DNA of 64,000 nucleotides from contig CM000436.1 in NCBI GenBank assembly GCA_000165345.1, forward strand, positions 1,120,001 through 1,184,000. The letters run 5' to 3'. Position 1 is the first letter of the stretch. Every line of letters begins with the position of its first letter. Below are positions 60,168 through 64,000 of this stretch, in pieces. The notes under the pieces were generated by a model. The model made no database searches and was not told the origin of the DNA. It saw nothing but the letters and a program-made list of their open reading frames with translations. The position numbers and the translations under genes were made by a program.

Positions 60168-63100
60168 ATGACAGCCGTATTTGACACATACTGTTCCAGT
60201 GAGAGGCCTGAATTTTCAGTCTTTGGCCACTTTGTGGGGAGAAGAGATGAGCAAGATTCTCGATTAAATTTGTCTCTTGTAAAAAGTAACAGGATAGAGC
60301 TTTATGAGGTGAACAAAGATAAAAAGATTAGATTTATCGCATCATCAATACTTTTGCAAACTCCTGTGGCTTGTACTACCTTGAAAGGACATAATGGTAT
60401 GCCTGATTATATAGTACTATTATTTGCTCATTGGGAAATCATGATCTATAGGTACTCAAATCAATATGGAGAGTTAGAGCTAGTTAGTAAAGATCAAATC
60501 GAAATAGGAGACTTTGCAAGAGGCGCATCTTTGAAGTTTTCACGAGTTATTGAAGCTGATGACAATATTAAACTTGAACAAATTCTAATAGGAGCCAAAC
60601 CTAATTGTGATGATCTTGTTCTCATGATCACTTCTCCTAAATATCTATTATTTATTACATATAGATTGAAAGCGAATAGAAATGAATTTAATAAAGAGCT
60701 TTCTTTAGGAGTATGTTGGGGAATTCTTGTTGAAACAGATATTTATATGGATACTATTGTTGATTCTTGCCAAATTTTGGATGAAAACTCTAATCTTTGT
60801 TTACAACCCAAAATTGCTATTTTGACTAGAATTGGGCCAATAAGTACCGGATCTATTCAATCACATTCAAATTGTGTTTCTTTAATATATTTAACTATTA
60901 ATATGGAACTTACTGAATTTACTGTCTTGGATAAACTTGAACTTCTTCCAATGGATTCCTATAAACTTATTCCTTTTGATACTAGGAGAAATACTAATAT
61001 ATGTTTATCTGGAGGAGTAATGGTACTTTCCAGGAACTCTATAATTCTTCATGGAGGCATAAATAGACCATTTACATTAATCACAACTAATGATTCTTAT
61101 GACAAAGTTCCAGAGAAAAAGCTAGAAGTTGATTTATGTGCTCAAAAAGTTCATGGATTTAAGGCAAAAACATTTGGATTTGATACAGGTATCGTTAATG
61201 TAGATGGTAATAGTACAAGTACAACTTCTAATGATAATTCTGAATTCTTAAATACTATTTCTACTGATAATTCAAATAGTAATTTGGATCTTAGAACTTT
61301 ACTTACAAATCTTCAACCAATATTAATCAATCAACCAGAATTATCCATAGAATTCCAAATTTCATATTCGGTACCTTTCTTAATTACTAACGAATATTAT
61401 GGTATTTTACTTTTTAATCAAATTCAGCCATATTTAATTGGTTTAGTTCTACAATTATCAACAGACCGAACTAATGGAATCAAAGGATTCCATTGGTTTA
61501 AAGTTAATGAATATTGGGATTGGAGTAGAAACTATTTATCATGTAGAAATGATTCAGTTTTATACCTTGAAACTACGACTCATACAAAAAAGCTCGGGTC
61601 TGAGACAATTCTAGATGAGCATTATTTAATTACCGGTACCCCTATTTTTAGAGTTCAAAATGCTAGATTTGTCCAAAATAAAAATGATTCTTATAATTGT
61701 CAGTCATTATTATTAATTGGAAATAATGACTCTAATTCTGGAATCTCTATTTTAGATTTTACATTTAATAAAAAATTTACGGTACCTTTTATAAAAAATA
61801 TATCAAGTACCCAAGATCCACAATTAAGTTATAATGCTATAGTAAAATTAATTAATTCAAAAGAGGCACAATCTCGTATTAGTGACGAAAAGAATAAAAA
61901 AATCAAAAGGAATCAGGTAGATTCTGATAGTGTTAATCTAATACAACCTTATTCAGAAACTTACCTTTCATCTTCTAATCTAGAAGATCTTGAAAGATTT
62001 TACATATACTCAGATATTCCTATAAAGGAATATTGTAATGAATCTGAAGAAAATGTAGGTATTTTAAGAGATATTAAAATTAGGGATTATTTAGATCTTG
62101 GTCCAAACTCTCTTAGGGACTTTTGTATTATCCCAAGTTCTTATGAAAATTGGAATATTGAATTGGATGATGAAAAACGTCATAAGAAGTACCCAGTTGA
62201 TGAAAATCACTCAATACTTAGTACAAATGGAACTTATCCAATAGGACAACTTTCTCTATATGAGAAGTCTGTTTCTAAATCATTAATAACAAAGTTCTCC
62301 TTGGATGATATTCTGTTCCATTGGACTTTAAATGATCCAATTACTAGTAAAACTAAGTATTTAGTATTTACTTCGGATCCTTTAAAAAGTATCGGCAAGA
62401 CTTATTTCTTTTCATTAGATACTTGTATTAATAGTAGCCAAGAAACCTTTATTATTGGAGATGTGAATCAATTGGATCCTTCAGAAGGAGAATTTGATTA
62501 TGAAGCAGACTCAAATACTGTTGGAGTTGGAGTAATTAAAATGGGAAATGCATATGAGGATATTTTTGTGATCCAAGTTCTCCCATCAACCATTAATGTT
62601 TTAGATTTTGGAATCAAAACAAGATTAGTAGAACTGGATCTCATTTCAACTTTATTCTCTGATAATCCTGATGCTCCATTAGCAATTAAATCTTTTATTA
62701 TGGGTAACTTAATTATAATTTTATTTGAAGATTCTACTATTAAAGTTTTAAAGATCTTGAAATCGAATCCAGATAAAGATCAAGATCATAAAATAGGTAC
62801 CGAATATATTAATTCATTAAATAGCTTAAAAATTATTAATGAATTTTTAAGATACCAAATTATTATTGAGAATATGGATGATCTTTTTGAGGAACTTAAT
62901 AATCTTTTTGAAATTAACCAACTTGTAATTAAACAAAGAGTTATGGAAGGAGAGACTTCACAGCTTTTCGAAGATGAGCCTTTAGAAACAACATCAATAG
63001 AAGAGAGGAATCCTGATCAATTATGGAAAAACAAATTCTGGATCAGACATGTTTCTCCAGTAATTACTAATTCTGATCGTAATTTGAAAGATTCAGAAGA

Positions 63101-64000
63101 TTTCTTACTTGTTTTAGTCATTTATAGCAAATTATGGTTGAATGGATCTATAGCAATCTATAATATAGCTAAGAAGAGATTAATGTTCTTTTCACCTTTT
63201 ATATCTGCTGTACCATCTATAATGGGTAACGTATTATCACAAACTGGTAATAAGGAGGAGATCATATACAGATTTCTTGAGAATGAGTTTGATCTTGGAA
63301 GACCAATAACCTCAATATGCACTCCAATTATTGAACCAAAATATTATATAGCAAAAGAAGGAGGAGGGATTTCAATTTCTTCCACATTTTCTCTGAATCC
63401 TAGTGGATTAAGTACTTCCAGCCAAGGAGGTAATGATTCGAACTTTACACAAAGCTCTAATTCTTATTTGATTTCTTGTGAACTTATTAAGATGGAAGAA
63501 GAAGATAGCAAAGAGGGTAATAGTGAAATGATACTGGTTGCTTCAGTTTCACAGAAGCCAATCCTGGTTTATAGGCTTGATCTTAGAAATAATAACTCAA
63601 ATATTTCTAGATCAGGAGATTTCATCTTCTCTAGGAAATGGAAGCTGGAAATACAGACAAACTTTAATCATGTACAGATGGATATTACAAGATTCTTTGC
63701 TCAGTTTCCAAACACCATATCAAGTTCCAATATCCAAGAAACATTTTCAATTGAATCACCATTATCTATTTATAATTGTGGTCATGGTATTTCATTTAAT
63801 TCAAAGATCTCAAATAATGTGGATACCTGGATAATTCAGCCACCATCTCCCTTAGATATAGAATTCAGACAAGAAATAATGAGTGATGAAAGAAAGGTAT
63901 GCGAAATGGGGGATATCTCGTCTTATTCTCCATCTTCTCTTGTTATTATGACAGACAAAGGAAGATTTTCAGTGGTAAGCTTGTACGAGACGAGAACATC
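60168..64000 (+). CDS. CPSF-A family beta-propeller protein (CPSF160/DDB1/SF3b130 family; the N-terminus is most like CPSF160), partial; continues beyond the window
   Basis: ATG at 60168 is the first ATG after an in-frame TGA. The frame is open for more than 1277 codons to the window end. N-terminal MTAVFDTYCSSERPEFSVFGHFVG...LVKSNRIELYEV aligns with CPSF160 [22 protein letters not shown] and DDB1 GHFTS..LNLLIAKNTRLEIYVV. It is missing from the ORF track because no stop codon lies in the window. Confidence 0.55.
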   Translation, partial: MTAVFDTYCSSERPEFSVFGHFVGRRDEQDSRLNLSLVKSNRIELYEVNKDKKIRFIASSILLQTPVACTTLKGHNGMPDYIVLLFAHWEIMIYRYSNQYGELELVSKDQIEIGDFARGASLKFSRVIEADDNIKLEQILIGAKPNCDDLVLMITSPKYLLFITYRLKANRNEFNKELSLGVCWGILVETDIYMDTIVDSCQILDENSNLCLQPKIAILTRIGPISTGSIQSHSNCVSLIYLTINMELTEFTVLDKLELLPMDSYKLIPFDTRRNTNICLSGGVMVLSRNSIILHGGINRPFTLITTNDSYDKVPEKKLEVDLCAQKVHGFKAKTFGFDTGIVNVDGNSTSTTSNDNSEFLNTISTDNSNSNLDLRTLLTNLQPILINQPELSIEFQISYSVPFLITNEYYGILLFNQIQPYLIGLVLQLSTDRTNGIKGFHWFKVNEYWDWSRNYLSCRNDSVLYLETTTHTKKLGSETILDEHYLITGTPIFRVQNARFVQNKNDSYNCQSLLLIGNNDSNSGISILDFTFNKKFTVPFIKNISSTQDPQLSYNAIVKLINSKEAQSRISDEKNKKIKRNQVDSDSVNLIQPYSETYLSSSNLEDLERFYIYSDIPIKEYCNESEENVGILRDIKIRDYLDLGPNSLRDFCIIPSSYENWNIELDDEKRHKKYPVDENHSILSTNGTYPIGQLSLYEKSVSKSLITKFSLDDILFHWTLNDPITSKTKYLVFTSDPLKSIGKTYFFSLDTCINSSQETFIIGDVNQLDPSEGEFDYEADSNTVGVGVIKMGNAYEDIFVIQVLPSTINVLDFGIKTRLVELDLISTLFSDNPDAPLAIKSFIMGNLIIILFEDSTIKVLKILKSNPDKDQDHKIGTEYINSLNSLKIINEFLRYQIIIENMDDLFEELNNLFEINQLVIKQRVMEGETSQLFEDEPLETTSIEERNPDQLWKNKFWIRHVSPVITNSDRNLKDSEDFLLVLVIYSKLWLNGSIAIYNIAKKRLMFFSPFISAVPSIMGNVLSQTGNKEEIIYRFLENEFDLGRPITSICTPIIEPKYYIAKEGGGISISSTFSLNPSGLSTSSQGGNDSNFTQSSNSYLISCELIKMEEEDSKEGNSEMILVASVSQKPILVYRLDLRNNNSNISRSGDFIFSRKWKLEIQTNFNHVQMDITRFFAQFPNTISSSNIQETFSIESPLSIYNCGHGISFNSKISNNVDTWIIQPPSPLDIEFRQEIMSDERKVCEMGDISSYSPSSLVIMTDKGRFSVVSLYETRT

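Noticed and set aside
63538-63834. ORF 63538-63834 (+), called with a TTG start
   Set aside because: It lies in a different frame, inside the long open reading frame of the CPSF160-family gene that starts at 60168. Alternative-start ORFs in the track (TTG/GTG reported as M) are not independent genes.

Overview
This window is a compact, AT-rich nuclear segment from a eukaryote, not a prokaryotic or phage locus. It holds about 29 protein-coding genes at roughly one gene per 2.2 kb on both strands, plus one tRNA-Ser. Most genes are single long ORFs. At least four genes carry short spliceosomal introns (GTAAGT donors, TAG/CAG acceptors) and are therefore fragmented or missing in the ORF track. 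Ambiguous-base runs show the sequence is draft quality. Three things point to a Cryptosporidium-like apicomplexan, held as inference only: compact, mostly intronless genes; low-complexity N/S/E-rich inserts; and intergenic DNA decorated with palindromic E2F/DP-like sites (TTTGGCGCCAAA, TTTCCCGCC) and GCATGC palindromes. Genes I can recognise by homology are a CHD-type SNF2 ATPase with triple PHD fingers, Sof1/DCAF13, the Bud32 kinase (5 exons), RPF2, a Dbp5-type DEAD-box helicase, PRMT1, seryl-tRNA synthetase, an ELO fatty-acid elongase, an Sfp-type phosphopantetheinyl transferase (spliced), a DHHC palmitoyltransferase, THOC3, TMEM147, a POLD4-like subunit, a Nudix protein, a CPSF160/DDB1-family protein (partial) and a possible giant Nup155-like protein. 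I see no CRISPR array, mobile element, rRNA or prokaryote-style defence system. The most distinctive non-coding signal is the near-exclusive placement of GGCGCC / CCCGCC / GCATGC palindromes in promoter-sized intergenic spacers. Oddly, these also occur in a few 3'-3' convergent spacers. I do not see convincing evidence for a previously undescribed biological system here. The findings are cis-regulatory architecture, missed gene models and a few lineage-specific secreted or membrane proteins.
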